From Lenisia limosa (Eukaryota; Protista; Breviatea), in the NCBI GenBank assembly GCA_001655205.1, contig LPNZ01011722.1:1-37358 (forward strand): a stretch of 37,358 nt of DNA. Reading direction: 5' to 3'. Positions 19,670-31,700 of this stretch are shown piece by piece (positions within the stretch are counted from its first letter, which is position 1; each line of letters starts with the position of its first letter). Under the pieces are notes generated by a model that worked only from the letters and a program-made list of their open reading frames with translations, searched no databases and was not told the DNA's origin. The position numbers and the translations under genes are program-made.

Positions 19670-22147
19670 TTACCTTCTTGTCAAAATTTTCACACCTCCC
19701 TTGTTACACGATCTACAATATTGTACAAATAATGAGTCTGCTTTCTGATCGGGCTGCACCACATCCCTAAAAACAGTAACATGAAATAAATGCAGAAATT
19801 GTTCTGGGGGTGGGCTGTGTTGAAAGAGATGTGAAGAGAAAACGAGACGATTCATCCCTTCCCAACTTGATAAAGGGCAGCATTTGGTTCTGGTCCCATT
19901 GCGCCCGCCATTCGAACAGTTGACGGAACCTCTATATCACCATAATACCACAAAATGAATACATGAATGCAAAAGATAAAGAGTGTTATCAGAAATGCGG
20001 TGAAAGAAACCCTGCTCACATCTCTTGCCTTAGGAGAAAGGGATGACATTTTGGGAGGACGAGTGACTGTCATTCCAAGTCCTTCACCAGAAACTATCCC
20101 AATACTCTGGAAAAGAGAATAAAAACAAAACAAACAAAAAAAAAACAGAAATAAAGATGAATTTGGCTCACGATAAGGAGCTCCTCGGGAAGTTCAACAT
20201 TAGTGTGGCATAATGCCATCCATTTTTTCTGAAACTCAGCAAAACTCCATTCCTGAGTCATTACACAGCAGGTTTACAGAATGATAACATAAATTGCAGT
20301 GTGTATCGAGAGAATCAGATGAACCAAATTTACAAACGCTTACAGCCTGTTCCACAAGCAGCTTTCGTGCCATCCACTTTGCTATCTTCTGAGGGCTTAA
20401 TGCGTATTTACCTGGAACATTATCAGAACAATGACAACCAAACCAAAGTTTCCCCAGCAAACCATCATCAAGATTGTCATCTTCATTGTCTTCATTATCC
20501 ATTTCATTCTCAACAAAGTCAGCTGTCAACTTGGCTGCCAATTCCGCCATTGCTGGCGGCTACTTCATGAAACAACGGAAAACTTAAGCACAAAATGATT
20601 CACTTTTGTGCCCCAAAAAATTTACATGATACCCACATAGCAGTCATCAAGAGTACTGGCGACAAAGCTTGAGGGCACATTCGAGAGGTCTATTGCTTCA
20701 GCACGAATGGACTGTATCAGGAGTACAATGGCAGCACAAATTGCCTCTTCTGTAGGGGCATACCAGTAACCTGGAGGGTGAAGATATGATATAACATATC
20801 AGCAATGAGAAAACATTTCTGCGTGAACAACAAGTTATAAATGTATCTTCTGGATTGTCCTTTACCTGCGATTTCTAGAGCAGGAATTGCCTCCAGACCC
20901 GCGCGAATTTCGGACTCTGAGGCCTAGAATGGTGACAAGATATATATATTACTGAATATTGGAATCTATTATTCTTTTTTTTTGGTCTTTTTTTTTCTCC
21001 TATAATATTAGTAGAATATCTTATTTGCCATCTTTTTAGTCATAATTTGAATTAAGAAAAAAAACTTCAACAAGCAACTTCAGAAAGATGTTCGAGCCTC
21101 TCTTACCTGAATTTCTGACACCAGATTACTCCAAAGGATTCCATTCACACCACAGAATTGGCCTTCAAGATCATTCCACCTGAGGAGGGTAAATGAATGT
21201 ATTCCAAAACAATCAACCCCATTAAAAAGCCAATCTACCTTCCTTGTCCAGATTCACTGGATTCCAGCCCGAAATCATCAATCATCTAAAAAAAAAGTCA
21301 AAATAATAAATAGAATAGCTATATGATATCTAATATAATATCATATCTTCTGTCCTATTGTAAAATGTACTACTTTTATTTGTCCAATTCATGATATCAT
21401 TTAAGCAGGGAGAATTTTTGCAATTCAATGGGAATTGATATCACAGTGGTGTCCCGGATGTTGAACTATTTTCACCCAAACTACCCATATGTCAGCATCC
21501 ACTACGCAAACCTGAAGAGTAATTTGAACTGGTTCGAGATGAGAGTCGAGTCGTCCAAGGAGAGGATTGATTTGTTTCAGCTCTAAAACACTTGAGGCGG
21601 ATCCTGAGATAGTGCCTTTCAAGTCTCCTGGAATGGTCAGTGCACGTCAACAATGGGTCCAAAACTAACAAAGCCTATCTCTATTCTTCGCTATCTATCC
21701 CCAATTAAAATTCACAGCTAGTCTACCATCGTGTTCGCTATGCGGCGGAAGTATAAGGCAGGTATTAGACGTCTCCGAGTTCCGAACTTGGAAGGTGCCC
21801 GAAGATGTGCAGAGAACAACTTCATCATCGTCGTCCCCCTTCAGGTACAGCCTACGGGTTTGTGAGGCCAAATTTTTCATCAATATTTCTTTTCAGATTA
21901 AAATTGATATGAATATATTTCTTTATGAAATATGACCTCAACATTCGATAGTCTTAGATCAGCACACCTTCCTCCGACAGCCGACAACTCTTTGGCCACA
22001 GGTGCTGTCAGCTCAACAAGAACGTAGGGCTGCCCTATATTGTTTAGTTTCTTGGGTGACAAAAGAAGAAAATATAATAGATGGCCTACCTGCTACAAAC
22101 GAATCAGAAAATGACACCAGTGACTTTTCTCCTTGCTTGAGCGCCAT
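19670..22147 (-). CDS. DSCC1: Sister chromatid cohesion protein DCC1 (CTF18-RFC subunit)
   Basis: LYLKGDDDDEVVLCTSSGTFQVRNSETSNTCLILPP, EIQASESEIRAGLEAIPALEIAGYW, RFRQLFEWRAQW and C-terminal LFVQYCRSCNKGGVKILTRR* match DCC1 family motifs. ATG 22147. Confidence 0.9.
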
Positions 22148-22187
22148 TACACCTCGATTCGAAAGGTTAGTCAAGATCTACCTTGTT

Positions 22188-22198
22188 GCGCGCCAAAA
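22188..22198 (-). promoter_or_regulatory. E2F-type site TTTTGGCGCGC upstream of DCC1
   Basis: Matches the TTTSSCGC consensus about 40 bp upstream of the DCC1 ATG, on the DCC1 sense strand. Confidence 0.45.
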
Positions 22199-22756
22199 TA
22201 ATACCAGATAAGGAATTAACTTATTTTGCGCCTGTCATTCGAAAAAAAGTAAAGATATGCGATTAATAAAGGTAGGAGGTGAGAGAGAAGGAGGATAAGA
22301 AGCATAAGTCGCGTGAGAGGGATTTAATTTCGTCTATTAAAATAGACTGAAACATTACTATATAAAATGCTTGATTTAGTGAATATTACTCAGTTTATCA
22401 TAATTACTGCTATAATTAATACTTATTGAGTTCTTTAAGATGTGTTTTTAATCATCTTTTTTGTTGCAAGGTCAAGGTTACACGCTTTTCACCGTGCCGC
22501 GAAGTTAAATTTGAACGCGCCCGGCGGCACCGGGAACACGCTTTTTCTTGTGTCTGTTTCTATGTTAGTTTTCTTTCCAAAGTCTTTTGTGGGTGATATG
22601 AATGTGTGGATCCGGGTGATCACCATTGTCTTTTTTATGCCCAAAATGTGTATCGGAACCCCAGGTTCTTGGGAATATTAATTTTTCCCCCCGTTTAAGA
22701 TATTGTTTCAAACATTCAAGCATTCAAGTGACTATTCAATAGATCTGAGCATAAAG

Positions 22757-25700
22757 ATGTCAGAAACTCCCGAGAGGGAGGATGGAGATGGAGGCACCGA
22801 AGCTGATTTGGCAGTTTCCAATGAAAGCGATAATCTGCTTCTCTATGCACTTCACAATTGTTCTCCTGTCTGGAAAGTACAGGATTCACCAGCGCACTCA
22901 CTGGTTTGCCTTTCCTTAACTGTATTCACATTTCAAGGATTCCAGTTTTATGACCCTCTCAACTTGGACCAATCTACTAATTCGTAAGTGGATAATCAAA
23001 AAAAGTTTTAATAGCTAACAAAATATGGAAAACTATGGTCTATGCTTTGAAATTACACAAATAAAAGTTATCAACCACATATCCTCCCGTTATTGGTTTT
23101 CAGAGTGTCTTGTCTCAGTTAAACACCATGTTCTTCCAAAGAGGCATCTTTTACCCTCACAACTTCACGCAAAACTCTGTTCACAGGTTTTGGGGAAATG
23201 CCAGCTCTGATGGATTCCATGATGTAGTATTTATTCAATCAATATGATGAAACAATCCAAACGCTATTTGGTGAAATCAACTCTCTGGCTTTTCTTTGTA
23301 GTTGTGGGTGATAAAGAAAACAAACTCTATCACAAAATAAATTATTGCCTCTCCAGGCGTAAAAGTTTCTAAATTGCCTTGAGCTTAACTCCTGCACGTA
23401 ACCCATAGCAGGTTTTGGATTGGAAACTAGCAGCGTACCAGCCAACAGTCCCACGGCAGCCTCAGGCAGATGAAATGGGTAATCCAAGTTTCAAGGGCTG
23501 TGACGCCTCCAAGATCGCCATATGGGGCGAGGCTCGACTGGTGATTAGGACGGCTGACGATCACTTCCACAGTGACCGCACTGTGTGGGTTGGCGAAACC
23601 GACCACCAAGCGTCGCTGCGACAAATCTCATGGTCCCCTTGCGGCCGGTTTCTTGCTGTCTGCTCCAGTGATGGAAAGGTTTGTTTGATAGGGTGTCCTT
23701 TATGCCTGAATATTCTGGCAAGGTATCGAGTGTCAATGCAAACGATTGGGTCCAATTGATTTCATATTATAATGATGGGGTTCTGCTTCATTGAAATTTT
23801 ACTGTGTATTTTTTCTAAATACAACAACATTATGTTATTTACTCTTTCACCATCTCTCATCAGGTGACCGTTTTGGACAGCAACTGTCATGCCCTCCACA
23901 CCTTCCAACTTGCGGACTATGATCTTGCCGGCGCCGTATTAGTTTTTGAGTTCCGCTGCCAGTCTAGTTTATCAGCTTCCGACAGCTCTTCCGAAAACGA
24001 TGATGCCGATACTGTGGAGCTGGTGGTGCTCACGGCGAATCGGACTCTTGCGTTGATAAGCGTGCATGGTGAGTGGCGAAGGACAAGGAGAAACCTAGTC
24101 TCTTTTCTTAACGTATTCAGAAGACGAATTGGAAGGCAACATGTTTAGCCTGGCAGATTCATTCCAAGCAATGCATTGTGCTGCATATCATCCCGGATCC
24201 GACTTGATGTTCATTGCAGGCCCGGAGAAAGACAGTTGGAGGTGCTTCAGTGCGGGCTATTCGTTTTTCTGTGAATGTATAACCCCTTTTGTAACTGGTA
24301 GTGGTTATTGGAATTAGTATTAATTTAAAACAGCCCCTTAGGCTACTCCTATTGTTTCAATCATATCTGATTGAACCCAGGATTTGCAGAGATTCCCGTC
24401 TCAGGATGGAAGATATCTTCAGAATCAGCACCCAAGCTTCTGTTTTCAACCGCAAGTGACCCCCAAAAGGGCATTTTCTCTGTTCTCATGCAGTCTGCAT
24501 TTTTTAATCTTTGGAGAAGAGATTTGACCTAGTCATTTTACTATCAAATTGTATTATCATACAGAGTTGAAATTTTGCGCGTTTGTTATCGATTATTTCC
24601 TTCTTTTCTTTTTTCTTGTGTAGCCAAAATAACTTAATAATGTTCTAGCATTCAATTCAATTCATCCCCCTCCCCCCGATTTGTATTGTATCTCACACTG
24701 CAGTCCTTTGACCGAAAATGGCGAGGTGGTGTTTCGGATTTGTCCATCACCCTCCGGTCGCTATGTTGCCACTGTGTTGCTGAACGGGGGGTTGGCCGTG
24801 GTCAGTACCGACGGACCAATGATGACGTGGTCGTCAGAAGAGGTTGGAATCATGGGGATATACCCGTGATTGGTGCTTTTTGTTGCTCAGTTTCAATTGA
24901 CACTTCTCCCATTTTGCACCAAGGTTTTTCCAAAATTACATTTAAAGCCGGCTTAATTATGCAGGTCTCCGCGCGGTTAAAGAATGAAGAGAGTCCAGCT
25001 TTTGAGAATGAGGATCCCGAGACTAAAGTTATCCAAACCCTCCTGGATGGTATGCTTCACAAGGCTTCTTGTAATATGCTGCATCATTACTTCTGCCTTT
25101 ACATGTGATGAGTGGTTTGTGTACTATACAATTATTACCCTTTACAATGTTTTAATGCTATATTCTTACATTTGATATGTAATATAATATATAGCTATAT
25201 GATATATTATATACACACTGTATATATATCTTACATGCACTTATGTAGTTTTATGCTTCCCCGAGTTGCAGCTAACTCTCTCAGCCAAATGGTGGGGAGA
25301 AGATGCTCTCATTCTGTCGGGTTCTTCTGGCCTATTGACCATTAACAAAATCAGTGAAGATCTCAAGCCTATTATTGGTTGGCAGGCAACATTAACTTGA
25401 TTTAACCCAATAATAATCTGAAAAGAAGCCCTCTAGTGGTTCAGCTCCTCAGTACTTACCATTAAAGGACCTAATGCGGAGTCTTTCCCATCACCACCGT
25501 CTCTCACTAGTGCGTACAACGCCAATGAGTTCCTTTTTCTGGAGCATTCGAGGCAGTGGGCTTTGCAAGTGGAAGAGTGAGCAGGTGAATGTCTGCATTT
25601 ATGACTATCACATCAAATTCTGCTTTAAATATTATGTTGAAGGGAATGTCAATATCAAGTTTCCTGTGACAATGTAGTTTCGACTTTGTCCAAGATGAAA

Positions 25701-28700
25701 TTGTGGATGCTGAGACAGAAAGGGCCCATTTGGCAGAAGTTGCAGGATACCAGCGCGTCCCTAACATTCTAAGGTGCATGGGAGCTTGTCTTTGCTCTCA
25801 ATGGTGATGATGCAGCATGGTGACTTTTGAACAGCACCAATAATCTGATTAAATTTGGACTATTTTCACCGCCCCCCTTTAGAAACATGATTGCGATGGT
25901 GACAAGTGAGGAAGTAGCGGATGGCTTCATAGCCGCCCTCGGGCTACACAGTTCAGTTCCCCTTCTTATCCGAAGCTATCGTCTTGTTTCCTTTACCAGG
26001 TTTGTCATTGCCACTGCATTGTTGACTGTTTAGAACCAGCCCACTGGCGCTCTATCATCGCCTCATCTCAAAGAAGGAATACCGCCAAGCCTTGGATCTC
26101 GCATGTAAGCCACTGGTAAAAAGGACTTCCTGACATAATACCATGTGTTTAGCTATATCCTTACCGAGCAGACCTCCACAAGCTGGATACCGATGACGTG
26201 TACAAAGCAAGATGGGCCGACTGCAATGTTTCCAAACACACCGTCCAGGACCTTCTGTCCCGGATCTCAAATGTCGAATGGTGGGTTTTGGGCTGCAAAG
26301 GAGACTATTATACATATACACACATTCATTTCGTTTGACCCCCCAGGGTGACGCGAGAATGCTGCCGTCGGGTGGTGGACACGTCAGAAGCCACGTCACT
26401 GCTCCTAGACCATGGACTGGAAGTCAGCAAAGACTGGCAGGAGCTGGCTGATGGTTTGCTTTGGGCCTGCACCAAAATTGACTGAATTTCCCATTGTATA
26501 ATTACATCGTGGACTATCGAGAAGAGTAGTTACCAAGCCATTGACAATAGTATTAGTAATTTAGTCACCATTGAAATTTCACCATCTTATTTTGTCTAGG
26601 GACCCGGGAGCACCTAGGTGCATTACGTCGGCTTCTCCTTCATCAATCCGAGGTATTCTTCATTATTTGTATTTTCATAACCATTCCCCAGTTCTTGGTT
26701 CTTTTCATTTTTTTTTCTCAAAATTCATCTTTCTTTCATGTTTCTACATATATATCCATGTAAAAAAAGAACTAACACTGCAGATCTTCTTCGGGCTAGT
26801 CAATACGGGGCTGTGGGAAACTGGCTTCTGGGTGTCCATTAGGAACTCTCCAATCATTGATCTGGCCTATAATGCTGCGCGACTCTCCAACACCACTGTG
26901 GGTTCCTTTTGATGTGCTTCTCCCCTCAATTCCTTGTTTTGACTTGATCCAGCTTCTGAAAGAACTCCTGGACCACCATGAGTCTCTTATTGGAAACACC
27001 ATCCCTTTATTGGCGTGTCTCCCAGAAACATCCCCAGTGGCGTCCTATCAAGATCACTTGCCAAGCATTGGTGAGAGGAGATGGTGCCGTTGATCATACT
27101 CTTTATTGCAACTTGGGCTTCACTTCGGTTCGAAAAAGACCGGTAAAATTTCGAGTTTTCGACGATTTATCGAGAAAGTCTTTTTTCGAACTGAAGCGAA
27201 GCCCTAATTGGACAGATGACATTTTAATGAATCTCAAATTTCCCCAGTGAAAATCTCACGCTTCTCAGACGATGACGGTGTCGTGACGCTGCGAGGTGCC
27301 GTGAAGTACCACAAGGAGGATGCTGCACAGGAGGCGGACGAAGTTGAACGTACGGGGGGGGGTATTTGACATTTGTTTCTGAGTTACTTTTGTGCTGTGT
27401 TTAACATTGTAGCTTTGTTTGAGTTTGAACGTGCTGAAGCGTTGAAAGAAGACAGACTCACTAAAAGCACTACTAAAGTTGCCCAGTACCACAAATCGGG
27501 TGGGCTGTCCTTTGTCTTGTTTTTGTCTACATTTTCCATCTTTTTATTCTATTGTACCTTCCTTGTCACTCTTGTCAACACGTTTCACCAAGACCCTCTG
27601 ATGTTCTCTTGACAAAGTAGCACAAATTCCACTGGATCAAGCCGTGCTTAGTCCCGAGAGTATCGCAACCTGGTACCTTGAGAGAGCCCTGGAGATTGAT
27701 GACTGGACTGGGCTTGGTGGGTGGGGGGTTTGGAGATGCTTGCTTTATTGTGAATATGTGACTTTATGGTCGCAAACTCCAATAAAAATAACATTAAATC
27801 CGATTGACTGTTTCCTCTTCCTCCCGTCTCACAGTTTTCAGTTTCGGAGTCAGTAGCTCTCCTGCAGTGTGCGGTGGATAATGGTTTTGTCTCATTGCAG
27901 CCTTACCTCACTGTTGCTTCTGAGCTGTCTTCCGCCATGTAGGAGGACAATCTATTCGTGTCCTTTGTGTCTGATGTTATTAACTTTTCAGCTTCTCTGA
28001 TGCTGCACCTAAGTCGGTTTCGCTCCGGTCTCATCTTCTGGCTAGCCCCGAGAAGCAGTTGGCTACTCTTCTAGATGTACGCTGCCCCATTTCCTCTAAG
28101 TGCCCAATTTTTATACATATGATATATTTATCATATATTTTTTATGGCGATGTTGCAAAACCAGCGTTTTTGCAAGGTATCACTTTTGACCATACTTTTT
28201 GGCGATATATGTATAAGCAGCTCACTCCATCATATTCGTAGAGCACCCAGGCCCCGACAGTGGTTTTAGACATTCGCAGTCGCGCATGGGGGCTGCTCTC
28301 AAGATTCGAAACTAAGAGGTGTGTGCGGCATACCCTCATAATCCTCAGACCGCCTTTCTGCAAATATGGGTCAATGCGTACATGTTCCAGGCCTTTTTAT
28401 TTTGTTTTCTATTTTGGGTGATGAGTGTTTAGAGCGGGGTTGCTCCGTAAAGCCGAGCCACGGGCCCCAGCCAAGCGGACCAAGGACCCCTCTGAAGACC
28501 CTGATCAAATCGGTGGGCTCGGTAGAATTAGGCAGATCTTTATGTTGCTGGTGGTCCACACTTTATTGTCTGCGTGGCAATTCTCTTTTGTTTGCTCTGA
28601 CCTCAACAGTGGAGTCAGAAGAGGACGCGGAAGATGAGGCTTCCGACCATGCAGACTCTGAACCGGCACGGGACGATGACGAAGACTTTAATGGACGCCG

Positions 28701-31700
28701 TAGTTTCGACTATCAAGTCGTCCCGGATCGGTTCTTGAGCCCGTTATATCACGTGGGAAGGGGCAATATCCCTTATATACATGATAGTGTGGATAACTTC
28801 ATATCAACATATCCTCTCAAAACAGTTTATTTTCAGCATATCCTCACAAAACAGTTTATTGTCGGCCGAATGCAAAATGGCGAAACAGACGCCTTCCATA
28901 TGGCAGCCACGACGGCGTCGGCTTCCGCACCATCTATGCCTATTGTGGGGGGGGGGGGCNNNNNNNNNNNNNNNNNNNNNNNNNNNNNNNNNNNNNNNNN
29001 NNNNNNNNNNNNNNNNNNNNNNNNNNNNNNNNNNNNNNNNNNNNNNNNNNNNNNNNNNNNNNNNNNNNNNNNNNNNNNNNNNNNNNNNNNNNNNNNNNNN
29101 NNNNNNNNNNNNNNNNNNNNNNNNNNNNNNNNTCCCTCAATCGATTGACTTGATGTCTCTGTTCGTCACTGCAGGTTACCTTTGCTCCTTGCCAGCCCAT
29201 CTTGAAGCACTACAGTGAGTTGGAAAATCCTCTTTGACATCATCCTTGTTTGCCGTCATATTCACGCAAAAGCTGTATGCACAGAGTTGGATTGGGTGAA
29301 TTAATACTATACTACAATCCAATATCTTTTAACTGGACGGCTTCGGCGCCAGATATATCCTTATTTTTATTTCTCATTTACCCTCCCCAGGTTGATTCTG
29401 GAGTACCTCCCGGGTCCCGAGTCTGAGGTTCCGCGAAACACCCGGCTGGCCAAGTGGCACAAAGAGCTGATCACTCAGATCGCAGAGCTCAACCATCATC
29501 TTGAGGCTTGTAATATCTTTGATAAGGTTGGCAATAGCATTGGCCTCAGAACCAAGTATGTTTTGTTACATAAACATATATTTCAGCGGCATCATGACCT
29601 ACAAATATACGCCATAGTTCACTACCATACGCTCTTCTGATCCCTTAGTACAGTGTCTTTGTGTCGCCGGATGAGCTTCAAAAGGTCAAGGACTCTGAAG
29701 ACGGGGCAACGTCCCTGGTGTTGGTCCAGAGGCTGCTCTCTGCCTTGGTTAGGAAGAACCCTTTGCCTCAGGTCTGGTTTAGAAAAAACACGGGTTTACA
29801 ACATCTTCAATTATATGTGTACTTCTGCCTTTTTTTAAGAAAAGAATTGGAGATTTGGAACTAACCAAGCTCTTTTCATTGTTTTGACTACGTAGGTTTG
29901 GGCACAGTGCAAGATTGACCTCCACACGCTGCACGAAACCAATTTTGGCAAGCTTGATATTGACGAGATTCTGAGCGTCTACCTTCGCAGCGCCTTGAAG
30001 GCTGGCCGCGTGGGTCGGGTTCTCTTATTATTTCAAGAGATACACAAAAAATGAATAACCATCAACTACAAACACGATTTACAGTGTTGATAATGTATGA
30101 TATTTGTCGAGAACTTTTCATGAGGCTTAACACTGAATGGTTGATATTATAGGTGCGAGTGGTCCATGACATGCTCCATGTGCCAAACCCGCTACTCAGA
30201 CCCGAGGTCATCCATGACCTCATCATCTCAACGGCTATCAAGGTCAGGGTGATGCTCTGTCTATGATGGAGGGGATGACAACACACACTGAGCTAACATG
30301 AATAAAACACATTTTCAACTTCTAGTACTCCGGGACTTCTACAGTAAATTCATCTTTGCAACCAACACATACTTTGAATTAGAGTATTGTTTTGGCATTA
30401 TAAACCTTAATTATCTGCTGCCAAACCCTCACACGCCTAGATCAGTAACCAGGCCGATTCTGCGGGACACCCTGACGTCTCTCAGGCAAGGTCTATGCTT
30501 GCGGTTCTCACGCGGTGGGGTATTTATGATTTAGGATAATTAGAACCTCAAATAAAAACATGAACATCAAGAACTAGTGAGGGCTGTTTTAATACTATTA
30601 GGGACTTCAATGGAAGAAAGAGGCATGAACTTGATATTTTATCTGCCTGCAAGGTTAGCTGTTTTACTTATTCGATTTATCATTGCTTGCGAGTATCGTG
30701 TTAAATCTCATCTGACCAAGGGACGAATCATGCATGGTTTTAATGTGACACACTCTTAGCTCATTTCGATGGAGCTGAAGCTGGAAATGCCTCCTTTGGT
30801 GCTCCGAAGCCAGTCGGTATACGTCACTATCAGTTCCCTCGTCCATCGGGTCAATAGAGTGTTTGACAAGGTCTGGTGATGGGATTGTGCGTCTTTTCAT
30901 GGACCCCATTTGAAGATTTTTAAAAATCTTTCATTATCTGTTCACGGTGCTCGTTTAATGGTTTAAGATTGACGTTGTTCTTGAAATTGCAAGGCTCCTT
31001 CAGTCCCAAGCTGTCATTGAAAAGGTGGCAATACTTAAGGAACTCTTATACTCACTAGTGGAAAAAAAAGAACGATCTGATAACACCAACAGGCCACGCC
31101 ATCCCTTGAAACGCCACCCGGACGGCACCTGAAAACCGCTATCACCGACGACATTGAGGAGCTGCTCGAGGCTGCGGAAGTGGCCGATAATCGCTTTGTT
31201 GACAACAGTGACCGATCAGTCCGAAACACCAACCTCATGAACATGATGAACGCCTACATGCTGGGTCAGGAGAAGTCCGGCCGGTTCCAGCACCTGCCTG
31301 CTCGCCGCAAGCCCTCTATTTCCTACGATGTCAAGACCAAGGAATTCATCGAGATGTCAGCCATGACGTACGCTCTCGAGCTTCTTGGACGGGCCGCCTT
31401 GGACTGTGGTGAACTCAAGATCGCAAGCCAGATTGTGATGCGCGTTATCCCGCGCGATTGCGGCGGCGAAGAGAGCTTCCTGCTGGAGGAGGCGGATGAA
31501 GCTGCTGTGACTTCAGGCATCAAGGTGGCGCCAACGTTATTGGGTCACGTGACTCCTGGTATTGCTGACGTTGCCACCAAGCTTGCCCAAATGGAGAGCC
31601 TTCCTTACGTGGACAGGCTTTTCTTCGCATCAGTTGCCTTAACGGGAAGTTCCGCTTCCGACTTGCGCAGCCACATCCGAACCTGGGCCCAAACCGCCGC

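Noticed and set aside
25099-25182. C/D-box snoRNA-like pattern (ttacat-GTGATGA ... TTGA-atgtaa) in an AT-rich NBAS intron
   Set aside because: D box is non-canonical, I recognise no rRNA-complementary guide, and the stem is likely chance in very AT-rich sequence.
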